Position numbers and translations under genes: made by a program
Assembly (NCBI GenBank): GCA_046594925.1
Contig: JBKJQG010000132.1
Location: 1-49,930 of the forward strand
DNA from: Bacteroidia bacterium
GTDB lineage: Bacteria > Bacteroidota > Bacteroidia > 2-12-FULL-35-15
Length of the DNA: 49,930 nt
Direction of reading: 5' to 3'
In this document: positions 10,801 through 19,134 of the stretch, piece by piece
Position numbering within the stretch: position 1 is the stretch's first letter
How the letters are laid out: the number at the start of each line of letters is the position of its first letter
The notes under the pieces: model-generated
Told to the model about the DNA's origin: nothing
Seen by the model: the letters and a program-made list of their open reading frames with translations, nothing else
Database searches by the model: none

Positions 10801-13800
10801 GATGTTGAAGTGCCCGACGCTGCAAGAGCAACTGCCGTTCCGCCCGGATTACAGAATGAACCGGTAGTTGGAGTAACTGAAACGGTAGGCAATGCATTGA
10901 TTGTCAAAGTAACCGTACTTGAAGATGTCGAACCACAGTTGTCGGTTACCGTCACGGTATAAGTTCCAGCGGCTGCAGCTGAAGTTACCAATGTTGGGTT
11001 TTGTAATGTTGACGCAAAGCTATTGGGGCCAACCCATGCAAAAGTATACGGGGAGCCACCACCTACAGGTATAGAGTTAAAAGTAACGGTTGTTCCAACA
11101 CAAGCGCTAGCCGAAGGAGTAATGGTGCTGGAGCTTGTTAGTGCAGAACCGGCAGTAATCGTTACAGTAGACGTAGAAGAACATGCACCATTTGAAGCTT
11201 CTACAGTATAGGTCGTTGTTGTCGTTACAGCATTCGCCATTGGATTATTAATGGTTGTACTTGACAAGAATGTTGCAGGTGTCCACAAATAAGTTGGAGA
11301 AGGTGGTGTGAAGGTATATATTCTTCCAATTGCAGGAGCCGTTGTGTTTGCATCATTTGCTGCTGCGGTACTTGAAGTATTAGTAGCAAAAGTGATGCTT
11401 TGGAAATTGGCTGCAGCACCCGTCATACCGGAAGAAATAGTTCCGGAAGTAGGCACACCCATTGTTCCGTAGCGGAATTCAACGACACCTGTTGCTTCAT
11501 AAAGCCAAGCCTGAAAAGTTGAATTTGCGGGGCCGGCAGTATTGCGTGGAACAGTTACAAACCACTGAACCATTAAAATTCTGTTTGGTGCTGTTCCGCT
11601 AACAAGTGTTTTTACGTTTCCTGTTGTTCCTGTTGCCAAATCATCCCAATAAGGATAGATCTTAGGGATATTTGTTGCGCTGGTAACAGCATTGGTAAAT
11701 TGAGCAGCAGCAGTGGCTCCGCCTAATAATATCCAACCGTCAGGCGAAACAGAAAACTGTGTATAGTTTGTTCCATTGAAATTAAAAGTAAACCCAATCG
11801 CTGCAGGTGCTGCAGTAGGGGTGTCATCATTTCCTGTTCCAAGAGCATTAGTAGCACCAGTCATCGGGTCAAGAGCAGCCCCTATTCCAGTACTATAAGC
11901 ATAAGCATTCACTGGCGTTGGAACGGTGGCTGCTGCAAGCAACTGAGAATTACCACCAGAACACACACTTGAAGGAGTAGCTGTTACAGAAGAAATAACA
12001 GGAGTTTGAGTCACCGTAATTACACTTGTCGCTGTTGCTGTACATCCACTACCATCTGTTCCAGTAACGGTATAAGTTGTTGTAGAAGTTGGTAAGGCAT
12101 TGACGCTGGCTCCTGTTGTAGCGGAAAGACCTGCTGCAGGACCCCAAGCAAAAGTTGTGGCGCCTGAAGCTGTTAAAGCCACGGCAGATCCGCCTGGCGC
12201 ACAAATACTTCCCGTTGTAGGAGTTACTGAAACAGTTGGTAACGCGGTCACTGTCACTGTTACTTCGTTTGACAAACCGGTAATAGGGCCTGAAGTACAA
12301 GTTGTTTGCAATACATAATAATATGTTCCCACCGCAAGTGCACCGGTAGTATAAGAAGTGGTAGTAGCGCCAGTTCCACCTGTAACATTCGAATACGGTC
12401 CGCCAGGAGTTGTTGAAATCATCCACTGGTAAGAGATTCCTGTTCCGGTAGATGCACCAGTAGAAACCAACGTAGCAGTTGAGCCCGCACATTTGTTTAT
12501 TGTAGAGGGTGAGATTGTTCCTCCGTTAGCTGAAACACAGCCCGCAGCGATCACCTCATCAGCACCCATATCAGGATTTGTCGTGGATGCATTCGGACGA
12601 ACATCTCCATCAATATCTGTTGTGACAGCCACCGCAGCATCGCCTTTTTGCTCGACATTTGCTAATTCAGGAGACGCCAGATCTATATGAAGATTTGTTG
12701 CCGAAATGAGTGGTGCTGCATTCGATGATGCATAAGAAGCATTATCATTTGTTCCAGAAGCAGATAATGTACTTGTATACGATCTCAGGTTATTGGCTGG
12801 CGCAGTTGCTCCGGCATTGAAGTTTGAAGAAAGATATAAGTTAGCCGCGCTTCCTGTAGTACCGACTTGAGCAATTCCGCTGTATGCAAGAGCTCCTTGA
12901 TAATAAGCATTGTTATTCAAAGTAAGATTCATCGCGCTTGTTGCGCCGGAAGGAATCATTATACAAACAAAAACATCATTATATAGCGTAGCGTTTCCAC
13001 CGGTAGCTTTGTTGGAAAAAATATTGTTTCTAACGTCAAGACCAGTAAGACCAACACCTGTAATTGCAAGGCAAGTGACCACGTTGGTGCTGACTGCACC
13101 CGGAACAACTCCTGTAAAGCTTACAGTGTTGTTGTAAACTTTGTGACCCGTTCCGGAAGAAAGGCGGATTCCATAAGCCCCGAAAGTAAATCCAAATCCA
13201 CCAGCTCCTCCAACCTGATTGTTTAAGCAGTTGCCAACAAAGTTATTCTGAATAATATGATTTGTTCCACCTGTAACATCTATTCCTGTTGCGGGGTAGG
13301 TTGCTGTATTGTTATTAATCACACGAGCAACGGTGTTTTTTTCAATAAGCGCGCCAGTCAAACCGGTTGCGCTGATCATCCCAAGATTGATTCCTCTGTT
13401 TGGTGTTGAACTTGCGATAAATCCTTCCACCATCACGATGTTTCCACGAACCACCGCGTTGGATGATCCCTGAACCGTAATGCCGACAGCCGTTACTTGG
13501 TTAATGTCTCCAACCACAGCATTACCAACAATGTTGTTTGTAACCGTTAATCCAACAGCCACAGCGGGGCCAGAACCGTTAACAGAAATACCTCTTGAGG
13601 CAGTTTGAATGTTGTTATTATCAACAACAAGGCTCAAAAGTGATTGGCCCGTAGGAACCGCTGTGGTAGCAGATGCTAGCGCTGACGGAGCAGTTGTTGT
13701 TGCAACCGTAGATGCACCTCCTGAAGCAATAACACCCCAAGTAGTAACTTCAGTAGTAAACGCAGAAGTATTTCTTCCCGTTCCGCTTCCTGTTAAATTA

Positions 13801-14309
13801 CAATTTTTGATTGTAATGTTATCGTTGGTAGTAATGAGTGTTGAGCTTGCTATACGAATTACAGAAGTAAAAGTAATTGTATTAGCAGCTGTATTTGTAA
13901 TAGTCAAATTTCTATTGATCCCACCCGTATTTGAATTGTCTCCGTCAATGGTAACATTATCTGCACCATTCAATTCGATCAATCCTCTTCCTGTTGTTGT
14001 AGGTCCTGAGATAGAAACACCATCCACTGTAGGAGCAATGCCTATCGCTGTATAAAGGGCAGATCCTGCTCCACTTGCATTTAAAACACAAGCGCCTGTT
14101 TCTGTAGTGCTCGCTGATATACCGATTCCGATATTTCCTGTATGCGTACCGGCATTAATGGCTGCAAAAGCTCCGGCCAAAGTTGTATACGATGCAGCAG
14201 GCACTCCTCCTGTCGCGACAACGTCCACCTGTGCCGATGCACTGATGCCCATCATCAAACACGCCACCGCTAGGATGACACGCGTTTTTAGGTTGTAAAT
14301 TCTTTTCAT
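7893..14309 (-). CDS. Large T9SS-secreted adhesin-like protein (N-terminal beta-helix, Ig-like repeats, GEVED domain, SprB-like repeats)
   Basis: Signal peptide; Asn-rich beta-helix region; WVDMNQDGVF...TRMRI...YGQVEDYTVNI (GEVED); seven YTVTDxNGC repeats of about 66 aa; sorting domain YPNPT...DIQGK...GLYYIK...QKLIVQ. Confidence 0.88.
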   Translation of the reverse strand: MKRIYNLKTRVILAVACLMMGISASAQVDVVATGGVPAASYTTLAGAFAAINAGTHTGNIGIGISASTTETGACVLNASGAGSALYTAIGIAPTVDGVSISGPTTTGRGLIELNGADNVTIDGDNSNTGGINRNLTITNTAANTITFTSVIRIASSTLITTNDNITIKNCNLTGSGTGRNTSAFTTEVTTWGVIASGGASTVATTTAPSALASATTAVPTGQSLLSLVVDNNNIQTASRGISVNGSGPAVAVGLTVTNNIVGNAVVGDINQVTAVGITVQGSSNAVVRGNIVMVEGFIASSTPNRGINLGMISATGLTGALIEKNTVARVINNNTATYPATGIDVTGGTNHIIQNNFVGNCLNNQVGGAGGFGFTFGAYGIRLSSGTGHKVYNNTVSFTGVVPGAVSTNVVTCLAITGVGLTGLDVRNNIFSNKATGGNATLYNDVFVCIMIPSGATSAMNLTLNNNAYYQGALAYSGIAQVGTTGSAANLYLSSNFNAGATAPANNLRSYTSTLSASGTNDNASYASSNAAPLISATNLHIDLASPELANVEQKGDAAVAVTTDIDGDVRPNASTTNPDMGADEVIAAGCVSANGGTISPSTINKCAGSTATLVSTGASTGTGISYQWMISTTPGGPYSNVTGGTGATTTSYTTGALAVGTYYYVLQTTCTSGPITGLSNEVTVTVTALPTVSVTPTTGSICAPGGSAVALTASGATTFAWGPAAGLSATTGASVNALPTSTTTYTVTGTDGSGCTATATSVITVTQTPVISSVTATPSSVCSGGNSQLLAAATVPTPVNAYAYSTGIGAALDPMTGATNALGTGNDDTPTAAPAAIGFTFNFNGTNYTQFSVSPDGWILLGGATAAAQFTNAVTSATNIPKIYPYWDDLATGTTGNVKTLVSGTAPNRILMVQWFVTVPRNTAGPANSTFQAWLYEATGVVEFRYGTMGVPTSGTISSGMTGAAANFQSITFATNTSSTAAANDANTTAPAIGRIYTFTPPSPTYLWTPATFLSSTTINNPMANAVTTTTTYTVEASNGACSSTSTVTITAGSALTSSSTITPSASACVGTTVTFNSIPVGGGSPYTFAWVGPNSFASTLQNPTLVTSAAAAGTYTVTVTDNCGSTSSSTVTLTINALPTVSVTPTTGSFCNPGGTAVALAASGTSTSYAWLPAAGLSSTTGANVNASPTGTTTYTVTGTDGNGCTSTATALITSNNAIAITSATATPSTVCAGGNSALTAVASPVIAAYCTASATSLSFEKISNLTFGTINNTSSATAGYENFTAVSTNVAATVSTPISIGVSQAYATDDRIHIWVDMNQDGVFANPAENVLNAAISTFCPTCAGTATVVTGNITIPVTALNGTTRMRIRLQDQSSGPNSTPCGTSTYGQVEDYTVNITGGTASSISYLWSPGTYLSSTTVSNPTASAIMTSETYTVVATSTAGCSASATVAITANPTPVASATSTTILCNGGTSTVTVSATGGTPAYTGTGSFTASAGAYSYTVTDVNGCSSTATGTITEPTPIAVTSSQTTVLCNGGTSTVTISATGGTGTLTGTGSFTQSAGTTVYTVTDANGCTGTTSVVVTEPTVIAVTATPGTISCFGGSASVAISATGGTGTLTGTGSFSQSAGTTVYTVTDANGCTGTASVTLTQPTLLVATSSETSPIMCNGGTGTVTVSASGGTPSYTGTGAMPQVAGSTTYTVTDANGCTATTSTTITEPTAVAVSYSETGVLCNGGSSSVTIMATGGTTPYAVPFTSGSNTFSQTAGTVVYTVTDANGCTGTASVTVTEPAVLAATNSVSGSILCNGGTTAVVVSATGGTSPYTGDGSMMQGAGTTVYTVTDANGCTATTSATLTEPTAVMVMTSFSPIMCNGDSTLVTVTGMDGTPGYTGEGTFFQLAGTTTYTVTDTNGCVGAVNLSITQPAAIASAQSFNFCGSGSVTVGTNTYTTAGTYTDVLSAANSCDSTVTTTITVTTIDVTTTTSLSVITSNSSVGTYQWINCGTSLPISGATSQSYSATADGSYAVEVTDNGCVDTSACVMIIGAGIANNSTNEWSVYPNPTMGMFNISINNANIAELVISIVDIQGKEVFTSADKNVSGSFNKQINLEEVAKGLYYIKVNTGAEVRIQKLIVQ

Positions 14310-14638
14310 CTCTTTTGTTTTAATTTATACTTCGTTTATTTTCTACTCAAAACACCTCATTTTCTATTCAAAAACAAGGACTGTAAAAGTACGGTTAATT
14401 TGAAGGAAAATCTACATGATTTTCGCTCAATTAATTAACATTTCGATAAAAGACGGGAAATCGTCGGTAAAGACACTGCCACGAGGGAAAAGCATTTCGG
14501 AACCATGCTTCAGAGGTCTTTAAAAAATTAAAAATCAATTATTTACACAATCTAATTTCCCCTTAGTTTCTAATTAGTTTGAACAACTAATTTACAAAAA
14601 CCTGATAAAAATATAAGGAACCCGGAAGATTTTATGAA

Positions 14639-16540
14639 TTAATAAGCGCGGACGTTCTTTCCTTCCATATAATTGATGAAAGACTTGTTCACCACCTTGT
14701 TCCCGCCTGCCGTAGGGTAGTTCCCAGTGAAGTACCAATCGCCCAGGTGGCCCGGAATGGCGTTGTGCAGGCCTTCGATGGATTGATAGATGATGTCGAC
14801 CTCTGCATTGATTCCCTCCGGACGAAGCAGTTCTGCAATCTTAACAGAGATTTGTTCTGCCGTAAACGGTTCGTAAATTTCTTTCACAACGTTAACAATC
14901 TTTTCTTTCGGAAGGTCTTCCTGCGCTTTTGCTTTTTCGTACAATTCATCCAGTAGATTTTCCTTGAAATTATCTTTAAGCAATTGAACGGCAGCCTGAA
15001 AAGCAATAAAATCGCCCAACTTAGCCATATCAATTCCATAACAATCCGGATAACGGATCTGAGGCGCAGAAGAAACAACAACAATTTTTTTCGGACCCAA
15101 ACGATCCAGAATTTTTAATATGCTTTGTTTTAGGGTTGTTCCACGAACAATAGAATCATCCACGATCACCAGATTATCCACACCCTCCTTGATTACACCG
15201 TAAGTCGTATCGTAAACGTGAGCGACCATGTCGTCGCGCTGAGAATCATTGGTAATGAAAGTCCGCAGCTTGGCATCCTTGATTGCGATCTTGTGGACGC
15301 GGGGACGGATGGAAAGAATTTCACTAAGTTCCGGATCACGAACGGCACTTCCCATTTGGAGGATTTTGTGACGCTTGATGGTATTAGCATAGTGGTGCAA
15401 TCCTTCAATCAGACCGCCAAATGCTACTTCTGCCGTGTTCGGTATGTATGAAAAAACGGTGTTCTTCAGGTCGTAATCAACGGATTTCAGAACCGAAGGA
15501 GTCAATTGGCTTCCCAATTTTTGTCTTTCCTGATAAATGTCGGCATCACTTCCCCGTGAGAAATAAATACGCTCGAAAGAACAGGATGTTTTTTCAAGGG
15601 GCTCAATGATCTCTTTTTCGCTGAACTTTCCGTCTTTTTTTATAATCAATGCTCTTCCCGGAGCCAATTCTTTTACATCCTCTATGGGAACATTAAATGC
15701 TGTTTGAATAACGGGACGCTCGGATGTCACTACCACGATCTCATCATCCGAATAATAGAATACAGGACGGATGCCACTTGGGTCGCGCAATACAAATGCA
15801 TCCCCGTGTCCGAACAATCCGGCCATTGCATACCCGCCATCCCATTTCTTGCTGGCGTCTTTTAAGATCGCCTGCACATCCAAATTCTCCGCGATCAAAG
15901 CAGAGATCTCCGCATTGCTATGTCCTTCTTTCTTATACTTCTGAAAAAGGCGTTCATTCTCTTCATCCAAAAAGTGACCGATCTTTTCCATCACCGTCAC
16001 TGTATCTGCTTTTTCCTTTGGATGCTGACCAAGTTCTACCAATTGATCGAACAGTTCATCCACATTGGTCAGGTTGAAATTCCCCGCAACCACTAAATTC
16101 CTGGTCATCCAATTATTCTGACGTAAGAACGGATGGCAGTTCTCAATGCTGTTTCCGCCAAATGTTCCATAACGCAAATGCCCCAGGAACAACTCTCCGG
16201 TGTACGGAAGATTTTTCTTCAGCCATTTTGCGTCCAATAATTTTTCAGGATTTTTTTTGTTGATGTCTTCGAAGCGTGAATTTATCTTTCCGAAGATCTC
16301 TTTGATTGCGCCACTGCCAACTGCTCTTGTTCTGCTGATGTATTTGGTGCCGGGAACCACATCAAATTTTATGTTTGCGACTCCTGCTCCATCCTGTCCC
16401 CTGTTGTGCTGTTTTTCCATGAGTAAGTACAGTTTGTTCACTCCATATAAAGGTGTGCCGTACTTTTTGATGTAATAATCCAGCGGCTTCAGCAATCGGA
16501 TCATTGCTATTCCACATTCATGTTTTATTGCATCACTCAT
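14639..16540 (-). CDS. purF: Amidophosphoribosyltransferase (long Bacteroidota type)
   Basis: Propeptide followed by CGIA; QHNRGQDGAG; GHLRYGT; CSFERIYFSRGSD; PRT motif VIVDDSIVRGTT; PDCYGIDM. Confidence 0.95.
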   Translation of the reverse strand: MSDAIKHECGIAMIRLLKPLDYYIKKYGTPLYGVNKLYLLMEKQHNRGQDGAGVANIKFDVVPGTKYISRTRAVGSGAIKEIFGKINSRFEDINKKNPEKLLDAKWLKKNLPYTGELFLGHLRYGTFGGNSIENCHPFLRQNNWMTRNLVVAGNFNLTNVDELFDQLVELGQHPKEKADTVTVMEKIGHFLDEENERLFQKYKKEGHSNAEISALIAENLDVQAILKDASKKWDGGYAMAGLFGHGDAFVLRDPSGIRPVFYYSDDEIVVVTSERPVIQTAFNVPIEDVKELAPGRALIIKKDGKFSEKEIIEPLEKTSCSFERIYFSRGSDADIYQERQKLGSQLTPSVLKSVDYDLKNTVFSYIPNTAEVAFGGLIEGLHHYANTIKRHKILQMGSAVRDPELSEILSIRPRVHKIAIKDAKLRTFITNDSQRDDMVAHVYDTTYGVIKEGVDNLVIVDDSIVRGTTLKQSILKILDRLGPKKIVVVSSAPQIRYPDCYGIDMAKLGDFIAFQAAVQLLKDNFKENLLDELYEKAKAQEDLPKEKIVNVVKEIYEPFTAEQISVKIAELLRPEGINAEVDIIYQSIEGLHNAIPGHLGDWYFTGNYPTAGGNKVVNKSFINYMEGKNVRAY

Positions 16541-16571
16541 TTATAAATGGGGGTTTTAGAAAGATATATTA

Positions 16572-16579
16572 CAAATTTA
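16572..16579 (-). promoter_or_regulatory. Bacteroidota -7 promoter box (TAAATTTG) upstream of purF
   Basis: Matches TAnnTTTG about 30 nt upstream of the purF ATG. Confidence 0.6.
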
Positions 16580-16620
16580 CGATTAATTTGGATTGAAATG
16601 AGTCGCCTTAGACAGAAAGC

Positions 16621-16816
16621 TTAAAACTTAGTACGGATAACGAATAAACACAGTCCCGATAGCTATCGGGATTACAGATCTGTGGTCATTTGTCGAAAAA
16701 GACCAAAAGTCACAGTGCCAAGATGATTAATCATAATGAGTTTTCTTAAAAAGCCGACAGACTTCAAAGTGCGAATCTGTAATATCTTTAAAGATTCCGT
16801 TATCCGGACCTTTTAA
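16621..16816. repeat. Nested inverted-repeat (MITE/REP-like) element containing the perfect palindrome TCCCGATAGCTATCGGGA
   Basis: GTACGGATAACGAAT (16631-16645) pairs with ATTCCGTTATCCGGAC (16794-16809). ATTACAGAT (16671-16679) pairs with ATCTGTAAT (16775-16783). 18-bp palindrome at 16654-16671. Confidence 0.55.
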
Positions 16817-16951
16817 AAGTAAATCCCGAAGAGCTTGTCAGAACTTCGGGATTTGGATAAAACTAAACATGAAACACTGTTGTGCTACTCCTTCACAACA
16901 ACAAGCTTTTGTGTAATACATTGTGGTCGGGAGACCAACAATTACTATTAC
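16812..16951 (-). ncRNA. Candidate small regulatory RNA (~140 nt)
   Basis: -7 box TATATTTG (16956-16963) and -33 TTTG (16984-16987) on the minus strand; two internal hairpins (16913-16951, 16878-16900); terminator hairpin 16821-16854. Confidence 0.5.
16821..16854 (-). terminator. Rho-independent terminator-like hairpin
   Basis: 11-bp stem AAATCCCGAAG...CTTCGGGATTT; reads ...TTTACTTTT at its 3' side on the minus strand. Confidence 0.6.
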
Positions 16952-16955
16952 AATA

Positions 16956-16987
16956 CAAATATAACATCATAAAGAACCAAAACCAAA
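16956..16987 (-). promoter_or_regulatory. Bacteroidota -33/-7 promoter driving the candidate sRNA
   Basis: TTTG-N20-TATATTTG on the minus strand. Confidence 0.6.
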
Positions 16988-17224
16988 CCAAAACTCCCAT
17001 AAAATAAGAATTCGAAGGGTTCTTTTGAGGCCAAAAAGAAACCGCTTTCCGCACCTTGATATCGACGGAATGCCCTTTTTTAAAGGCCTTCCTTGAATTG
17101 GAGGGAGGATTCTTATGTTTGCATAAAATTAAGTTTTCGACGGCTGATTTTTGCCGGTTTTGGAGTAGATTTCCCCGAAATACAATGAAAAGCGTAAAAA
17201 TTTAGATTTTCTCTTTTCAAATGA

Positions 17225-17232
17225 TATATTTG
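17225..17232 (+). promoter_or_regulatory. -7 box (TATATTTG) for the 520-aa gene
   Basis: Consensus TAnnTTTG, 31 nt upstream of ATG 17264. Confidence 0.6.
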
Positions 17233-17263
17233 TATATCCCCATCATTTAACGCACAGATCAGA

Positions 17264-18826
17264 ATGTCATCAGCTAACCACTTGCACCAGCTCATCAAAT
17301 CTTTATCGGCTCCCGAAAAGGGCTATATAAAGAAGCACGCCATGCTGCACGTGATCGGGGAGCAGAACAAATACATCAAGATCTTCGATGCGATCGACAA
17401 ACAAAAGAGCTACGATGAAAAAGAGATCATTCGCAAATTCAAAGGTGAACCGACCCTGAACAATTTTGCCGTTGCCAAAAATTACCTTTTTAAATTTATC
17501 TTAAAATCACTCGAGTCGTACAACAATAACGTCAAAAGTGAGTTGCGTAGCGCGCTGAACCAGATCGATATTCTGTATAATAAAAATCTCCCGGCCGTTG
17601 CCAAAAAAATGATTCTCAAATCAAAAGCAACTGCCTTGCAGCACGAGCTTTATGAATTTATGGAAGAGTTGATCGATTGGGAGATCATCTTATTAGTGGA
17701 AGAAGCCACTCCTGAAAACTATCTGAAGCTGGTTAACAAATATTTTGAAGAGCTCTACGATTCGATTGAAAAGAAAAAGACCATTATCGGATACAAACAC
17801 CTTTATCAGAAACTGCGTGCAAAAGCTTTGTATACGGGTCTCGCGCGCAACGATGAAGATGTGATCCAATTCCAGAAGATCGCCAGCGAGGACCAGAACA
17901 ACGACAAAAATTTACTGAACACTTTCAACGCACAGTATTACAGAAACCTGATGCAGGCAAACTTTTTGTTCACGATCAACGAACAAGGGCAAGCGAACGA
18001 GATCCTGAAAAAGAATGTGGCCTTGCTGGACGCGAACAAACACATGCTTGAATTAAAACCATTCACTTACATCGGATTGCTGCGAAATAAAGCGGTGAAT
18101 GAACTTTCCCTAATGATGTATGGCGACCTTTTCAATACGCTGGAACGCATGGATGAATTTGTTGCCAAGTACGGACACATGAACAGAAACTATGAATTGC
18201 TTACGGAAAACTTAAAGTTGTTTGTTTACATCCCAACCGGACAGTTCGACAAAGCACTCGAGATCGCAAATAAAGTAGACAAGATTTACAGACAACTTCC
18301 GCAAACTAAAACCTTACAGAAAGAAAAGCAATTGCATCATTATGCATTGGCCTACATCTATATCGGCCTGGGCGAATACAAGCTTGCCAATCAAAACATT
18401 AACCTGCTGCTTCACAATACCGACTTGGATTTTCGAAGTGACCTATTCTGTTTCGCTCATATTTTAAGTCTCATCACCTATTTTGAGATGGACGATGACG
18501 AGATGATGGAAAAACGGATTCGTTCGACTTACCGATTGTTGATGAAGCGGAACAAGCTTTACAACTACGAAAAGCAGATCATTTCCTTTTTCAAGGATTC
18601 GCAGAACAAAGTGCGTTCTTCATCCGAATTGACGGCCGATTTCATCCGTTTAAAAAACAGCATCGAAGAATTGACAACCAACAAGATCGAAAAAAACGCC
18701 TTGAACTTATTTGATTTAATTTCTTGGTTGGAAAGCAAAATTGAAAAGAAAAGTTTTATGGAAATAAAACAAAACAAGTTCAATCAGCTGATGGCGAATG
18801 AGGCTTCTAGTGCGCACATGCATTAG
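17264..18826 (+). CDS. Hypothetical all-helical (TPR-like) cytoplasmic protein, possible regulator
   Basis: No signal peptide. N-terminal LHQLIKSLSAPEKGY...IFDAIDKQ...KNYLFKFILKSL block; TPR-like segments (GQFDKALEIANK, LAYIYIGLGEYKLA). Confidence 0.7.
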   Translation: MSSANHLHQLIKSLSAPEKGYIKKHAMLHVIGEQNKYIKIFDAIDKQKSYDEKEIIRKFKGEPTLNNFAVAKNYLFKFILKSLESYNNNVKSELRSALNQIDILYNKNLPAVAKKMILKSKATALQHELYEFMEELIDWEIILLVEEATPENYLKLVNKYFEELYDSIEKKKTIIGYKHLYQKLRAKALYTGLARNDEDVIQFQKIASEDQNNDKNLLNTFNAQYYRNLMQANFLFTINEQGQANEILKKNVALLDANKHMLELKPFTYIGLLRNKAVNELSLMMYGDLFNTLERMDEFVAKYGHMNRNYELLTENLKLFVYIPTGQFDKALEIANKVDKIYRQLPQTKTLQKEKQLHHYALAYIYIGLGEYKLANQNINLLLHNTDLDFRSDLFCFAHILSLITYFEMDDDEMMEKRIRSTYRLLMKRNKLYNYEKQIISFFKDSQNKVRSSSELTADFIRLKNSIEELTTNKIEKNALNLFDLISWLESKIEKKSFMEIKQNKFNQLMANEASSAHMH

Positions 18827-18931
18827 GTTAATTTGAAAATTAATAAGGAAATCAAAACTATCGAGCGTCTTGAGAATAATCCGTGGATAAAAAAATGAAA
18901 GCACCTATTCTGTTTATATCCACTTTCTTGC

Positions 18932-19126
18932 GTAGGCGCTAGGCTCTGCCTAGTGACAGACAGTCATCGGTAGGCGCTAGGCTCCGCCTAGTGACAAGAG
19001 GAACTGCAAAAACCTCGTAAGCGCTAGGCTCCGCCTAGTGATAGACAGTCCTCCGTAAGCGCTAGGCTCTGCCTAGTGATAGTCGGTCCACAAAAAACTC
19101 CGTAAGCGCTAGGCTCTGCCTAGTGA
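18932..19126 (+). repeat. Tandem array of five GTAG-type REP-like palindromes (GTARGCGCTAGGCTCYGCCTAGTGA)
   Basis: Copies start at 18932, 18970, 19017, 19055 and 19102. Spacers alternate 13/22/13/22 nt. Internal hairpin CTAGGC-TCY-GCCTAG. Confidence 0.9.
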
Positions 19127-19134
19127 CGGCCCTT

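Noticed and set aside
16869-16916. 15-aa ORF MKHCCATPSQQQAFV as a real gene
   Set aside because: The start context is good, but no plus-strand promoter is evident, while promoter and terminator signals favour a minus-strand RNA. Kept only as an alternative hypothesis.
18932-19126. CRISPR array
   Set aside because: Spacers are only 13 and 22 nt, alternate in length and are partly duplicated. There are no cas genes in the window. A REP-type array fits better.
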